A stretch of DNA of 64,000 nucleotides from the NCBI GenBank assembly GCA_964586735.1, contig CAZPIN010000125.1, positions 563-64,562 of the forward strand. Reading direction: 5' to 3'. This DNA comes from an uncultured Rhodobacterales bacterium (lineage in GTDB: Bacteria; Pseudomonadota; Alphaproteobacteria; Rhodobacterales; CAZPXZ01). The translations under genes and the position numbers were made by a program. Numbering within the stretch: position 1 is the stretch's first letter; each line of letters starts with the position of its first letter. The notes below the pieces were generated by a model. That model was given only the letters and a program-made list of their open reading frames with translations, had not been told where the DNA came from and did not search any database. This document shows, piece after piece, positions 10,101 through 19,173 of this stretch.

Positions 10101-12733
10101 ATTCTGATAGCTACACGCTGGTTAAGGATGACGAGGGGAAGCGTATTCAGGTAGTAGTAAGATTTGTTGATGACAAGGGATATGATAACGTAATACCCAG
10201 CAACCCCAGTGCGGTGGTCCAGCGCAGGGAAAACTCCGCGCCTCAAGGTCTGCCGGTAGTCTCTGCTGTGGAAAATTGCAGTTCTTCCACTTCTGCGGCT
10301 CTGAAGGTTGGTGTGGCTGTGAAAGCAAGTACGGCGGGCATCATGGATGACAACCAAATGACAACCGCTAGGTCCTCCGCAGCGTTTAGCTATCAGTGGG
10401 TGCGCCTGAATGCTGACGGCAGCAGCCCCCTCAGCATCGGCACTGATTCGGACTGCTACACGCTTCAGAAGGCGGACGAGGCAAAGAGGCTGCAGGTGGT
10501 GGTGCGCTACATCGACGACGATGGCTATGAAGAGACAGTCAGGAGTCTGCCGACAGGCTCCTCCGTGGTGCGCAGGGATCAGGTCCCGGCTACTGGTATG
10601 CTAGCTATTGTCGGCACGGCGCAGGTTGACGCGACGCTTACGGCGGATGCGTCAAGCATCGTAGATCCCGTCAACGGGCTGGATGCGGCGACAATGCAGT
10701 ATCGGTGGGAGCGGCTCGACTCTCCGAACGATCCAAACCCGGTTACGGTAGGCGAAGGCCCTAGCTATACCCCCGTCAAGGCTGACGCGCGCAGTTTCCT
10801 GCGGCTGACTGTGATCTTCCATGATGACGATGACCATCCCGAAAAGTTGAGCGTACTGTTCACTGGCCCCGACGGCGTTACTCCTGCGAGAGTCGAGCGC
10901 CGTGCCAACGCGGAAGCCACGGGTGCACCGGTTATTCGCGGGGCGGCGCGGGTAGGCGAGACGCTGGAGGCGTTTCGCGGCTCCATTGAGGATGACAACG
11001 GAGTGCCAAATGCCGGTACCTTTACCTGGCAGTGGTTCCGCGTGGACGCGAATGGCGACCGCGAGCAGATAACCGGTGCGACAAGGGACCGCTATGCCGT
11101 TACGCCCGATGACTCCGAGAAGCGGCTTATGGTGAGGGCTACGTTCGATGACCTTGATGAGTACGAGGAGTCTTTAGATAGCTCTCTCACTGGACTGGTA
11201 ACCGAAATTGCCGCGGTGCGCTCAAGTGGCCTGACCCACCTGCTCTCCGGTATGGGGCGTACTTTTTCCATTAGCCTCGTCGACGTGGTTTGGGAGCGCG
11301 TTGGCAGCTTGGAGTCGTGGAGGAGCGGACCGACGGCCTCGGCATCGATTGGCGGACGTGTCATTGACACTGGCGCCTTTACGGAAGACGACGTCGGCAG
11401 GGCAGTGGAGGAGGTCGCCGGCTTTCTAGGACTGAAGGCTGTTTCGCCAGAATTGATCGATCTGGAAGCCGGGCGGGGGACGACGTCTGGTTCTGGGCTT
11501 GACGCCTACAGCGCCTGGGCCGGGCTGCCCACTGGACGCGACCTCTTTGGCAGATCGCGAATTTCGATGCTCCTTGGCGGGGGGAAAAGATCGGATGGGG
11601 GCGGCCTGTCTATGTGGGCGCAGGGAGACATGGGCGCTTACGAGCGGGAGCGGGCGGACAGCGAATTCTCTGAGGCCAATTCCGAAGGCACAATGTTGGC
11701 TGGGCATCTGGGTTTCGAGTACGCCTCTTCCGGCGGCGGGCTGATGGGGGTCGCGCTGAGCCACTCGCTGGGAGAGGCAGAATACGCTTTCGCTGACGAT
11801 CGGCACAGTGACGCCACGGTAGATACTGCAGTGACCAGCGCCATGCCGTATCTGTATTTCCGTTCCGAAGGCGGCGCGGGCGTCTGGGCCTCTTACGGTC
11901 AGGGCAACGGCACTTTGGAGCTGGCAGACGACGTTAGTGATGTTGAAACCGACATTGCGCTGCAAACAACGGCCGCTGGTTTCCATGGTGGAGCGCTGCC
12001 CTACGGAGACGTCGCCCTTCGACTCAAGGCCGATTACTTCCGTACCGACGTTACGGCCGACGAGGTTGACGACGGAAGCAGCCTGATCGGGGTGGATACC
12101 TTCAGCTCACGGGCTCGTTTGGTTCTTGAAGGCACTGTGCAAAGTTTTTCCGATGGTGGTGGCAGAACAACAGGCAAGTTCGAGCTCGGCGCCCGTATTG
12201 ACGACGGGGACGTTGGCGAAGGAATCGGGGCGGAAGCTGCTGCCGAGGTTCGCTTTGGCAGCACGAATACGGGCCTCGAATTGCGTGGCCGGGGCAGCGT
12301 CCTGTTCTTCCACGAGCAGGAAGGGTATCGCGAGTGGGGTGCCAGCCTTGGCTTGATATACGACCCCGGCCGCAGAGGGCGAGGGGTCAGCCTGACGCTG
12401 GAACCTGCCTGGAATGCCCCCAGCACGGGTGTGGCGAGCGCCATGTGGGACACCGACTCGTTGCCGGACTACAGCGGGCAAACAGCCTCCAGTGACGACG
12501 CTTCCTTCCGGGCGAGGCTTGGATACGGCGTTGGCGCACTGCACGAGAGCGGACTGGTAACCCTCTACAGCGAGGTTGAAGACGACGATGACCGCCGCCT
12601 GCGGCTTGGCTCCGAATTTGACGGTATCGGGACAGGTTTAGGGGGGCTGCGGCTTGACCTATACGGCGAGCGGCGCGACAGCGGCGACGACCCGGAAAAC
12701 GCGGCCATGTTCAAGGGCACAATTGGCTTCTAG
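7181..12733 (+). CDS. Giant autotransporter-type surface protein (1850 aa): signal peptide, repeat-rich passenger, C-terminal beta-barrel
   Basis: Sec signal 'RRKRGVCWSRGALWGICLLMVPATVPLYAPSAVA/QT'. There are 11 degenerate ~100-140 aa repeats. The C-terminal ~390 aa has alternating beta-strand character and ends in the OMP signature '...FKGTIGF' (terminal Phe). Confidence 0.85.
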   Translation: MQAAQLEGICGRRRDGDGLSVPREGIGGGTRQVRRKRGVCWSRGALWGICLLMVPATVPLYAPSAVAQTPAATIDFRRVTVDSQPDGERSAWVGFLLRGGLDNRPSGVTENDLKYEWRSASTVDTGQDINPQFSPIAGATGPAYRLTSTDDDHYIQLRVYVEGGDSWYRRLQRDDGTDQKIDTITNHCTRTADNDTETVNLTGFTRELNDEGTYSNVYRVGNTLSIEFTDNGGLQDMLADRPIPGRTGWTYGDSGNTHGQGIAYGWELVDENGDSFDPAKFLGGEATYEIPATTTEGDTVAGNRIKGAVLYTDDWGCPEVLAQTSEVVVGDETTNSDATGRPLILFNAGNNAGESAIGIPVESGQVLRYDRGSIDDSNGWDGTVHEYQWQSQTKPDTSDWEDIAGASGATYTIPSATDANDILRFRIKITYRDDDYAQTSMEEVVESMPTGYINIPPGGAPQIGVTNNLTMVGNDMSVAPAAEQEFIEILSDPNGAAAPFAYRWEKCAAGQDCGADGGGWTNLTNVEADPDTTDTAGQQFTGSSFTLLVTHAGYRFRYIVSYTDEDGSDEEAVSAVSEAVNASATGSVTIVFSSPRYPTETPYSRTPVVGEVLQADTKSIADLNGLGDFTYSWFREDKDGANRVPISGSTQPLYTLQDEDAGKKISLEVRFTDGEGNPEEPGASNPTDIVNDPVKGFQVNAGAPSGAPEYEVGGVFADRLQVSTASLRDLNENQLAIANRFDPITWAWARVNSDGVATTVSGQIAAVYTLTPEDAGLRIRATASYTDEDGFDETISATSDVVNARASGSPTISGPVSPEPGSVLTTEILSVVDNNGFDRSKAILTWIRVAADNIASDIAGAHGDTYTLAENDANSRIMVRVDFTDDDGFAESRFSALYPAGTVADGTFATVNGRPTGAPVLEGSAQVDMMVEVNTDGIDDANGLAGLEARGGYAYTWIRLNADRTGPVTLVGENSDSYTLVKDDEGKRIQVVVRFVDDKGYDNVIPSNPSAVVQRRENSAPQGLPVVSAVENCSSSTSAALKVGVAVKASTAGIMDDNQMTTARSSAAFSYQWVRLNADGSSPLSIGTDSDCYTLQKADEAKRLQVVVRYIDDDGYEETVRSLPTGSSVVRRDQVPATGMLAIVGTAQVDATLTADASSIVDPVNGLDAATMQYRWERLDSPNDPNPVTVGEGPSYTPVKADARSFLRLTVIFHDDDDHPEKLSVLFTGPDGVTPARVERRANAEATGAPVIRGAARVGETLEAFRGSIEDDNGVPNAGTFTWQWFRVDANGDREQITGATRDRYAVTPDDSEKRLMVRATFDDLDEYEESLDSSLTGLVTEIAAVRSSGLTHLLSGMGRTFSISLVDVVWERVGSLESWRSGPTASASIGGRVIDTGAFTEDDVGRAVEEVAGFLGLKAVSPELIDLEAGRGTTSGSGLDAYSAWAGLPTGRDLFGRSRISMLLGGGKRSDGGGLSMWAQGDMGAYERERADSEFSEANSEGTMLAGHLGFEYASSGGGLMGVALSHSLGEAEYAFADDRHSDATVDTAVTSAMPYLYFRSEGGAGVWASYGQGNGTLELADDVSDVETDIALQTTAAGFHGGALPYGDVALRLKADYFRTDVTADEVDDGSSLIGVDTFSSRARLVLEGTVQSFSDGGGRTTGKFELGARIDDGDVGEGIGAEAAAEVRFGSTNTGLELRGRGSVLFFHEQEGYREWGASLGLIYDPGRRGRGVSLTLEPAWNAPSTGVASAMWDTDSLPDYSGQTASSDDASFRARLGYGVGALHESGLVTLYSEVEDDDDRRLRLGSEFDGIGTGLGGLRLDLYGERRDSGDDPENAAMFKGTIGF
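7478..11213 (+). repeat. Passenger-domain repeat array: 11 degenerate modules ending in 'Y-T-L-x3-D-x-G-x-x-I-x-V-x-V-x-(F/Y)-T-D-(D/E)-D-G'
   Basis: Anchor motifs occur at aa 144, 288, 411, 545, 654, 768, 866, 978, 1093, 1196 and 1305. Examples are 'YTLTPEDAGLRIRATASYTDEDGF', 'YTLAENDANSRIMVRVDFTDDDGF' and 'YTLVKDDEGKRIQVVVRFVDDKGY'. Confidence 0.85.
11558..12733 (+). other. Autotransporter beta-barrel translocator domain of the giant protein
   Basis: 'LSMWAQGDMGAYE...' is followed by regularly alternating aromatic/Gly strands, with terminal 'GTIGF'. Confidence 0.7.
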
Positions 12734-12915
12734 CGCGTGGCGCGGCTTCCTTGTGGCAGGTACTTGTCGCTGTCCAATCGCGGCATGGCGTTTCGGCAAA
12801 GCTCTTGGTACCGTCCGGGTTATGAAATTGGGATATGGATTTAGACGGCCTGCCGTTCTGCCGCGGGACAGGACGGCGTGGCGCGGCTGGATCTGAAATC
12901 TGGGAGTAGTGCGCA

Positions 12916-14148
12916 GTGACCGACGCGTTTGTCAGCCACCTCGAGTGCTCGGCGACCGGCCAGCGCGTCGAGGCGCGTCAGGTGCACGGCCTGTCAGAGG
13001 CAGGACGGCCGCTGCTGGTGCGCTACCACTTGGACCGCCTGAAGGACGTCTGGCCCCGTTCCAGCCTGGCAGGGGAAAGCGTTCCTGGCTTTTGGCGCTA
13101 CGCCCCGCTGCTGCCCGTGCAGGACCCCCAAAACAGAATCTCGCTGGGCGAGGTGGCGACGCCTCTCATCTCGCTTCCCGCCGCGGCCAAAGAGCGCGGG
13201 ATGGACGCGGACCGGGTGCTGGTCAAGGACGAGGGCCGCCTGCCAACCGGCTCCTTCAAGGACCGCGGCCTAGCGCTTGCAGTCTCCATGGCCCGCGAGC
13301 TGGGCCTCAAGCATCTGGCGATGCCCAGCAACGGCAACGCCGGAGCCGCACTGGCGGCCTACGCCATGCGCGCCGGGCTGCGCGCAACCGTGCTCTGCCC
13401 CGAGGACTCGCCCGACATCAACCTGCGCGAGATACAGCAGCGCGGCGCCGAGGTCTGGAAGGTGGATGGCCTCATCGATGACTGCGGAAAGATTGTACGC
13501 GAGGGGGTCAAGGAGGCTGGATGGTTCGACGTGTCGACTCTCAAGGAGCCGTATCGCATCGAGGGCAAGAAGACCATGGGACTCGAGCTCGCCGAGCAGC
13601 TGAGATGGCGGCTGCCGCAGGCCATCTTCTATCCCACGGGAGGGGGCACCGGCATGATCGGCATGTGGAAGGCGTTCCGGGAGATGATCGAGCTCGGCTG
13701 GATCGAGGGCGACCTGCCAAAGATGATCGTCGTGCAGGCCGAGGGATGCGCGCCCATCGTAAGGGCCTGGGAGGAGGGGACGGAGCACGCGGAGCGCTGG
13801 GAGGATGCGCATACCGTCGCCGCTGGCATACGCGTGCCGGCGGCCATTGGCGACGTGCTGATCCTGGGAGCGGTGCGCGAGTCGGGCGGTTTTGCGATGG
13901 CGATATCCGACGACGACCTGCTTGCAGCCCGCGACCGGGTGGCCCGCGACGAAGGACTGCTGCTGTGCCCGGAGGGCGCGGCGACCTATGTCGCCTGGCA
14001 GCGGTCTCTCGACGAGGGGCTGATCGATGGCAGCGGCCAGTCGGTGCTGTTCAACTGCGCGACGGGCCTCAAATACCCTATGCCTCCCGTAGGGCTGTCG
14101 CTTCGCCGAGACAGCGTGGACTTTGGCAGGTTTGGCGCACCGACCTGA
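12916..14148 (+). CDS. thrC: Threonine synthase family PLP enzyme
   Basis: PLP-lysine motif 'PTGSFKDRG', 'NGNAGAALAAYA' and 'TGGGTGMIG'. GTG start with RBS 'gggag'. Confidence 0.8.
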   Translation: MTDAFVSHLECSATGQRVEARQVHGLSEAGRPLLVRYHLDRLKDVWPRSSLAGESVPGFWRYAPLLPVQDPQNRISLGEVATPLISLPAAAKERGMDADRVLVKDEGRLPTGSFKDRGLALAVSMARELGLKHLAMPSNGNAGAALAAYAMRAGLRATVLCPEDSPDINLREIQQRGAEVWKVDGLIDDCGKIVREGVKEAGWFDVSTLKEPYRIEGKKTMGLELAEQLRWRLPQAIFYPTGGGTGMIGMWKAFREMIELGWIEGDLPKMIVVQAEGCAPIVRAWEEGTEHAERWEDAHTVAAGIRVPAAIGDVLILGAVRESGGFAMAISDDDLLAARDRVARDEGLLLCPEGAATYVAWQRSLDEGLIDGSGQSVLFNCATGLKYPMPPVGLSLRRDSVDFGRFGAPT

Positions 14149-14676
14149 CGCCTCCTTCTACGTTGGCGGGCTGGTTTCCTGCTGCGCACAGTACGTTGCG
14201 GGCTGCGGGGCATTCGCTAGCCCATGACTGGTCTTCTCCGCCGCTGACTGCGGCGGTATCCGGTCGTCCGAAGCGGAGCACCCGACCGTCGTCGCCTCAG
14301 AACTCTGCGCAGGCCTTGTAGTCTAGGGCGGCCAAAACGCAAGCCCTCTGTTGGGCGGCTGCACTATCCCTCCCTGCTGATTCCCTTCACGGCGGCATAG
14401 GGGTACGTATCAAACAGAGTCACATTGCGGCAAACAAATTTTCCGCGTTAATTAATGCTGCTCCGGGATGGGCCCCTCCCATGTGGCGACGGCCGTGCCG
14501 CTGCGCCCTTTGGTCCGTCCGCTTTCCGCCGCCTCCCTCAATGTCTACCCCGCCATCAATTGTGCGCTGCTCGAGGGACATGTGCATACGATGCCAGCAG
14601 ACTGCCGCCAACTGCCTCTTGAGGCGTCTATTTCTCTACAGCCTCCAGTGGTACAATCAGCGCTGCTTATCGGCCT

Positions 14677-15624
14677 CTATGCTGGAGGCGCAGCCTGCCG
14701 CCATTCAGCCCGCTCAAGCAGCGGCAGATGGCTCTTGGGATTGCCGCTCGGCCAGTCGGCCAGCCGGTTGCGAAACCACGTCCTCTGACGCTTCGCGTAC
14801 TGCGCGGTAGCGGCGATGGCGCGCTCCACTGCCTGTTCTCTGCTGATTTCGCCGTCAAGGCAGGCGGCCAGATCGCGTCCACCCAGCGGCCATCGCCCGT
14901 CCGGCACAGGCCCCGTCTCTCTTGCATTCGCCACTTCCTCCATCGCGCCGGCCTCCATCATCAGGGCAAACCGCCGCGCGATACGCCCGCGCAGTTCTTC
15001 TGCGTCAGGCGCCAGTACCATCGCCTCGGTTTCCTCAAGGCGCAGCAAAGGCGGCTCCGTGCTCTGGTGCCAGGCGGCTAGACCCTTGCCGGTGTGGCGA
15101 AGCACTTCCAGCGCCCGGGTCACCCGGCGGGGATTGTCGAGCGCCACCGCGTCCGCGGTCGCAGAATCAAGGCGGCGCAGCTCGTCGGCCAGCGAGTCCA
15201 GTCCTCGTTCGACCAGTTCGGCTTCCACCTGCCTGCGCAGATCTGCGGGGATGCGCGGTATGGGAGCGATTCCGCTGGTCAGCGCCGTGAAGTAGGCCCC
15301 CGTACCGCCTGCAATGACCGGGGGAGGAGCGTTGGATCCAGGCGGCGGTAGGACGGATTTCAGGTCGTCAAGCCAATGTCCCATGGAATAGGGCGACCGA
15401 AGCCCAACATGCCCGTACAGCAGATGCGGTACCCCCTGCATTTCCTCCTCGGATGGCCTTGCCGTGAGGATGCGCCACTCGCGGTACACCTGCATCGAGT
15501 CGGCGTTGACGACGGCGGAGCCCAGGCCGCAGGCGACTTCCACCGCCAGCGACGACTTGCCGGACGCGGTTGGGCCGGCAAGCAGGATGGCGCGCAGGGG
15601 TGGGGGGGTCACTCCACCCGCCAA
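14677..15624 (-). CDS. miaA: tRNA dimethylallyltransferase
   Basis: P-loop 'ILLAGPTASGKSSLAVEVA' and 'VNADSMQVYREWRILTARPS'. An alternative GTG start at 15612 forms a GTGA overlap with the korB stop. Confidence 0.9.
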   Translation of the reverse strand: MAGGVTPPPLRAILLAGPTASGKSSLAVEVACGLGSAVVNADSMQVYREWRILTARPSEEEMQGVPHLLYGHVGLRSPYSMGHWLDDLKSVLPPPGSNAPPPVIAGGTGAYFTALTSGIAPIPRIPADLRRQVEAELVERGLDSLADELRRLDSATADAVALDNPRRVTRALEVLRHTGKGLAAWHQSTEPPLLRLEETEAMVLAPDAEELRGRIARRFALMMEAGAMEEVANARETGPVPDGRWPLGGRDLAACLDGEISREQAVERAIAATAQYAKRQRTWFRNRLADWPSGNPKSHLPLLERAEWRQAAPPA

Positions 15625-16616
15625 GTACGCGCATGGCGTACCAAGCCAGCCACCTCCTCGAAAGGATTGCCGCCGCGGGCAGCGGTGTCCGCTGGCGTAG
15701 CCGCCGCCGAGGGGTGTACCGCCGTTTCGCGCCGGTGCAGCACACCGAGCGCCACGGGAAACGCGGGCGGCGCCAGCGAGGCCAGCAGCACCGCCAGAGT
15801 CGGGTCGGTTTCGTCATGCACTAGCAGGTCGTCCGGAGGCGAGGCCGGGTCAAATTCCATGGTCTCCATGCGCAGGGTGCCTGGCGTCAGGCGAAGTCCC
15901 CGCTGGCTGTCGCCGCCGTAAACCAGAGGCTTGCCGTGTTCCAGCAGAAGGCAGCTGTCGGCCGAGGAGGCGCGGTCGGTGAGGCTGTCAAAGGCGCCGT
16001 CATTGTAGATCGGGCAGTTCTGCAGCACTTCGACGAACGCGGCTCCGCGATGGGCGCGGGCTGCGGCGAAAACCGTCTGCAGGTGCTTCTGGTGTACGTC
16101 GACGCTGCGGGCGACGAAGGTGCCGCCCGCGCCCATAGCGTACCTGCACGGGTCCACCGGCTGGCTCTCGACGCCGCGGGGCGTGGAGGGCGTGCGCAGG
16201 CCCGGCAGCGAGGTGGGCGACGCCTGGCCTTTGGTCAACCCGTAAACCTGGTTGTTGCACAGCAGAATCTGCAGGTCGACGTTGCGCCGCAGTACGTGGA
16301 GCAGGTGGTTGCCGCCAATGCTCATGCCGTCGCCGTCGCCCGTCACGACCCATACCTCCAGGTCCGGCCGCGCCGACTTGAGGCCGGTGGCGAAGGCGGG
16401 CGCCCGCCCGTGGATAGTGTGCATGCCGTAGGTGTTCATGTAGTAGGGAAAGCGGGCGGCACAGCCTATGCCCGACACGAACACCGTCTGGTGCGGCTGC
16501 GCCCCGCCGTCGGCCAGCGCCTGGCGCATGGCCTTGAGAATGGCGTAGTCGCCGCAGCCAGGGCACCAGCGGACCTCCTGGTCCGTGGCGAACCGCTTGG
16601 CGTCCACGGCGTTCAT
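15609..16616 (-). CDS. korB: 2-oxoglutarate/2-oxoacid:ferredoxin oxidoreductase beta subunit
   Basis: 'RWCPGCGDYAILKAMRQAL' and the TPP-binding 'VVTGDGDGMSIGGNHLLH'. It has an ATGA overlap with korA. Confidence 0.9.
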   Translation of the reverse strand: MNAVDAKRFATDQEVRWCPGCGDYAILKAMRQALADGGAQPHQTVFVSGIGCAARFPYYMNTYGMHTIHGRAPAFATGLKSARPDLEVWVVTGDGDGMSIGGNHLLHVLRRNVDLQILLCNNQVYGLTKGQASPTSLPGLRTPSTPRGVESQPVDPCRYAMGAGGTFVARSVDVHQKHLQTVFAAARAHRGAAFVEVLQNCPIYNDGAFDSLTDRASSADSCLLLEHGKPLVYGGDSQRGLRLTPGTLRMETMEFDPASPPDDLLVHDETDPTLAVLLASLAPPAFPVALGVLHRRETAVHPSAAATPADTAARGGNPFEEVAGLVRHARTWRVE

Positions 16617-18493
16617 GAGTCCAGCATCCCGGCGATCGCGTCGCCGATTTCCCGCGCCAGAAACGGGCTTCCCGCTACCTTGTTGAAGGGGGTGATCCTC
16701 CGCGCAAGCCTTGCCGCCAGCACCGCCTGAAGCTGGCCGGCGTTGTTTTCGGGCAGCAGCACCTGCCCGAAGCCGTCGAGCAGTTCTTCAAGGTTTTCGG
16801 GCAGGGGACTGAGATGGCGCAGGTGGATGTGGCTTACTTCCTGTCCCGCCGCCCGCGCCCGCAGCACCGCAACCTGAATTGAACCGAACGTCGACCCCCA
16901 GCCCAGCACCGCGAGCTTGCCCGAGGTTTCGCCGAGCGCCGGCGCGGCGGGCGGCACGCCGATGCTGACGGCGGCGGTCTTGGCCACGCGAATCTCCGTC
17001 ATGCGCTGATGGTTGGCCGGGTCGTAGGAGACCCTTCCCGTCTTCTCGTCGCGTTCCAGTCCGCCTAGCCGGTGCTCGAATCCGGGCGTGCCCGGCAGGT
17101 GCCAGTCGCGGACGAAGGTCTCGGCGTCGCGCTCGAACATCGCCTCGGGATCCTGACCGCGCCTCGGCCTGAACGCCAGCTCCTCGATATCGCCCGCCTC
17201 CGGTATCCGCCAGGGCTCCGCCGCGTTGCCGATATAGCCGTCGGCCAGAAGCATAACCGGCGTCATGTGGCATACGGCGATGCGCGCCGCCTCGATGGCG
17301 GCGTCGAAGCAGTCGGCGGGACTCGTCGCCGCGACCACCGGTATGGGCGCGTCGCCGCTGCGTCCGTACAGCGCCAGAAACAGGTCCGACTGCTCCGCCT
17401 TGGTGGGCATGCCCGTGGAGGGACCGGCCCTCTGCATGTCCACCACCAGCAGCGGCAGCTCGGCGGCGACGGCAAATCCCAGCGCCTCGCTCATGAGGGC
17501 GATTCCCGGACCGGAGCTGGCCGTGGCGGCGAGGGCTCCGCCAAAGGAGGCGCCGATGGCCGCGCACACCGCGCCAATCTCGTCCTCCGCCTGAAACGTG
17601 GTCACGCCTTCCTCCTTGCCCTCCATGCCCGCCAGATGGTGGAGGATGGGCGATGCCGGGGTGATGGGGTAGGAGGCGAAATACAGCGGCAGGCCGGAGA
17701 TTCTGGCGGCGGCCGCCAGCCCCAGCGACAGCGCCTGGGTGCCGCTGACCGATCGGTACTCGCCGGGGCGCATGGCCGCCGGGGCGATGTCGTACGGGGC
17801 GGCGGCCTGCGGCATCTCCAGCGTTTCGCCGTAGGCATGGCCCGCGCGCAGCGCGGCGAGATTGGGCTCCACCGCCTCGGGCATGCGGGCGAACCGGGCG
17901 CGGATGTCCTCGACGGCGCTGTCGAGATCGCGCCCGAACAGCCACAGGGTCAGTCCCAGCGCCCACATGTTGCGCGACAGCAGCGCCTTCTTGCGGCCCA
18001 GATTCCAGGATTCGACCGCTGCCAGCGTTAGGGCGGAAACGTCCGCCTCGACCACCTGATAGCCGTCCAGCGCGCCGCTGCCGCGGGGGTCCTCGTCGTA
18101 GCATGCCCGCTTCCAAGCCCGCTCGCTGAATCCGGCGCTGTCGAGAATCAGCACGCCGCCCTCGCGCACGTCCTTGAGGTGCACCGCCAGCGCCGCGGCG
18201 TTGAGAGCCACCAGCACGTCGGGCTGGTCGCCGTGGGTGAAGATCATGGTGTGGCCGAGATTGATGGAGAAGGCCGAGACGCCCGCCAGGCTGCCGGCGG
18301 GGGCGCGGATCTCCGCCGGGAAGTCGGGGAAGGTGGCGAAGTCGTTGCCGTAGTCGGCGACGGTGTCGGTGAAGACCGACCCGATGGTCTGGATGCCGTC
18401 GCCCGAATCGCCGGCGAAGCGCACCCGCACGAAGTCGATGCCGGGATGCAGCGGGACGCCCTGGGTAGCGTCGGTCGGCGGGATGTAGTTCAT
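16613..18493 (-). CDS. korA: 2-oxoglutarate/2-oxoacid:ferredoxin oxidoreductase alpha subunit
   Basis: 'VRFAGDSGDGIQTIGSVF' and 'ASYPITPASPILHHLA'. The ATG at 18493 ('MNYIPPTD') is the likely start. The track ORF is over-extended to 18718. Confidence 0.9.
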   Translation of the reverse strand: MNYIPPTDATQGVPLHPGIDFVRVRFAGDSGDGIQTIGSVFTDTVADYGNDFATFPDFPAEIRAPAGSLAGVSAFSINLGHTMIFTHGDQPDVLVALNAAALAVHLKDVREGGVLILDSAGFSERAWKRACYDEDPRGSGALDGYQVVEADVSALTLAAVESWNLGRKKALLSRNMWALGLTLWLFGRDLDSAVEDIRARFARMPEAVEPNLAALRAGHAYGETLEMPQAAAPYDIAPAAMRPGEYRSVSGTQALSLGLAAAARISGLPLYFASYPITPASPILHHLAGMEGKEEGVTTFQAEDEIGAVCAAIGASFGGALAATASSGPGIALMSEALGFAVAAELPLLVVDMQRAGPSTGMPTKAEQSDLFLALYGRSGDAPIPVVAATSPADCFDAAIEAARIAVCHMTPVMLLADGYIGNAAEPWRIPEAGDIEELAFRPRRGQDPEAMFERDAETFVRDWHLPGTPGFEHRLGGLERDEKTGRVSYDPANHQRMTEIRVAKTAAVSIGVPPAAPALGETSGKLAVLGWGSTFGSIQVAVLRARAAGQEVSHIHLRHLSPLPENLEELLDGFGQVLLPENNAGQLQAVLAARLARRITPFNKVAGSPFLAREIGDAIAGMLDS

Positions 18494-18801
18494 GGGTTGC
18501 CTCTGACCTCGGCGGCGCCGCGGACGGGCGTCGCTCGCGGCGCTCTTTGCTACCGCGCCCTGTACCCAAGGTAGTGCAAAACCACGCATGATTCCGCGCG
18601 CATGCCTTGCCGGAGGCTTCCGACATAGCCGGCCGCCGCGGTTTGGCAATGCTGGATTGCCGCAGAGTGCCTGTCCAGTCTGCCGCTTGCCAAAGCCGCA
18701 TACCGCCTTAAGGGGCAAACGCAGGTACTGGCTACGATGAATTGGCGCCAGTCAAGACTACACTGTTCCGGCGAAAGCGACTCGCGCGTTTCGGGACTGC
18801 C

Positions 18802-19110
18802 TCACACAGGCGCTCCGTTCCCCCAGCTCCCGTTGCCTTTCATCGCCTCGTCGATGCTGGGCGCCCTCAACAGCCGGATCCGCCAGCTGTCCAGATCCTC
18901 CTCCGACGCCGCCCGCAGCCGTTCATCCAGATCGTCTGGAACCTCGCCGAAACGCTCTTGGGCAATACCTAAGAGTACCTCGACTTTGCCTTCCGCCCAG
19001 CCTTTCGCTAGGCCCCGAGCCTCGCCCCGAGCCTCGCGTTCCGCAAGCAGACCCGGGGACAGCTGCTCTATCGCCATGTCCATCATCTCTTTACCTCTCT
19101 CGTTTCCCAA
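18802..19110 (-). CDS. Stand-alone DUF4351-like C-terminal-domain ORF (copy of the C-terminus of the upstream Rpn-like gene)
   Basis: It aligns end to end with the last ~100 aa of 19174..20232 ('GNERGKEMMDMAIEQLSPG...RFGEVPDDLDERLRAASEEDLDSW...EAMKGNGSWGNGAPV'). It is in the same frame as the upstream gene and is offset from it by 348 nt. Confidence 0.6.
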   Translation of the reverse strand: MGNERGKEMMDMAIEQLSPGLLAEREARGEARGLAKGWAEGKVEVLLGIAQERFGEVPDDLDERLRAASEEDLDSWRIRLLRAPSIDEAMKGNGSWGNGAPV

Positions 19111-19173
19111 AGCCTCAAGCGCCAGGCGGCGGCACCGCTCCGGCGGGAGCGCCTCAGGCGATTCGGGGCCACC

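Noticed and set aside
12736-12888. A 13-bp direct repeat 'gcgtggcgcggct' at both ends of the autotransporter-thrC spacer, as a possible insertion scar.
   Set aside because: It is too short and too GC-biased to distinguish from chance in this composition, and no further flanking similarity exists.
18380-18493. Similarity between the GATTCGC repeats and the korA 5' coding sequence 'ggcgattcgggcgacggc' (GDSGDG), as a possible third case of duplicated host-gene ends.
   Set aside because: The shared string is only ~8 nt (gcgattcg), and the flanks do not align. I treat it as coincidence. I could not demonstrate a korA or rpsB fragment duplication at locus A.
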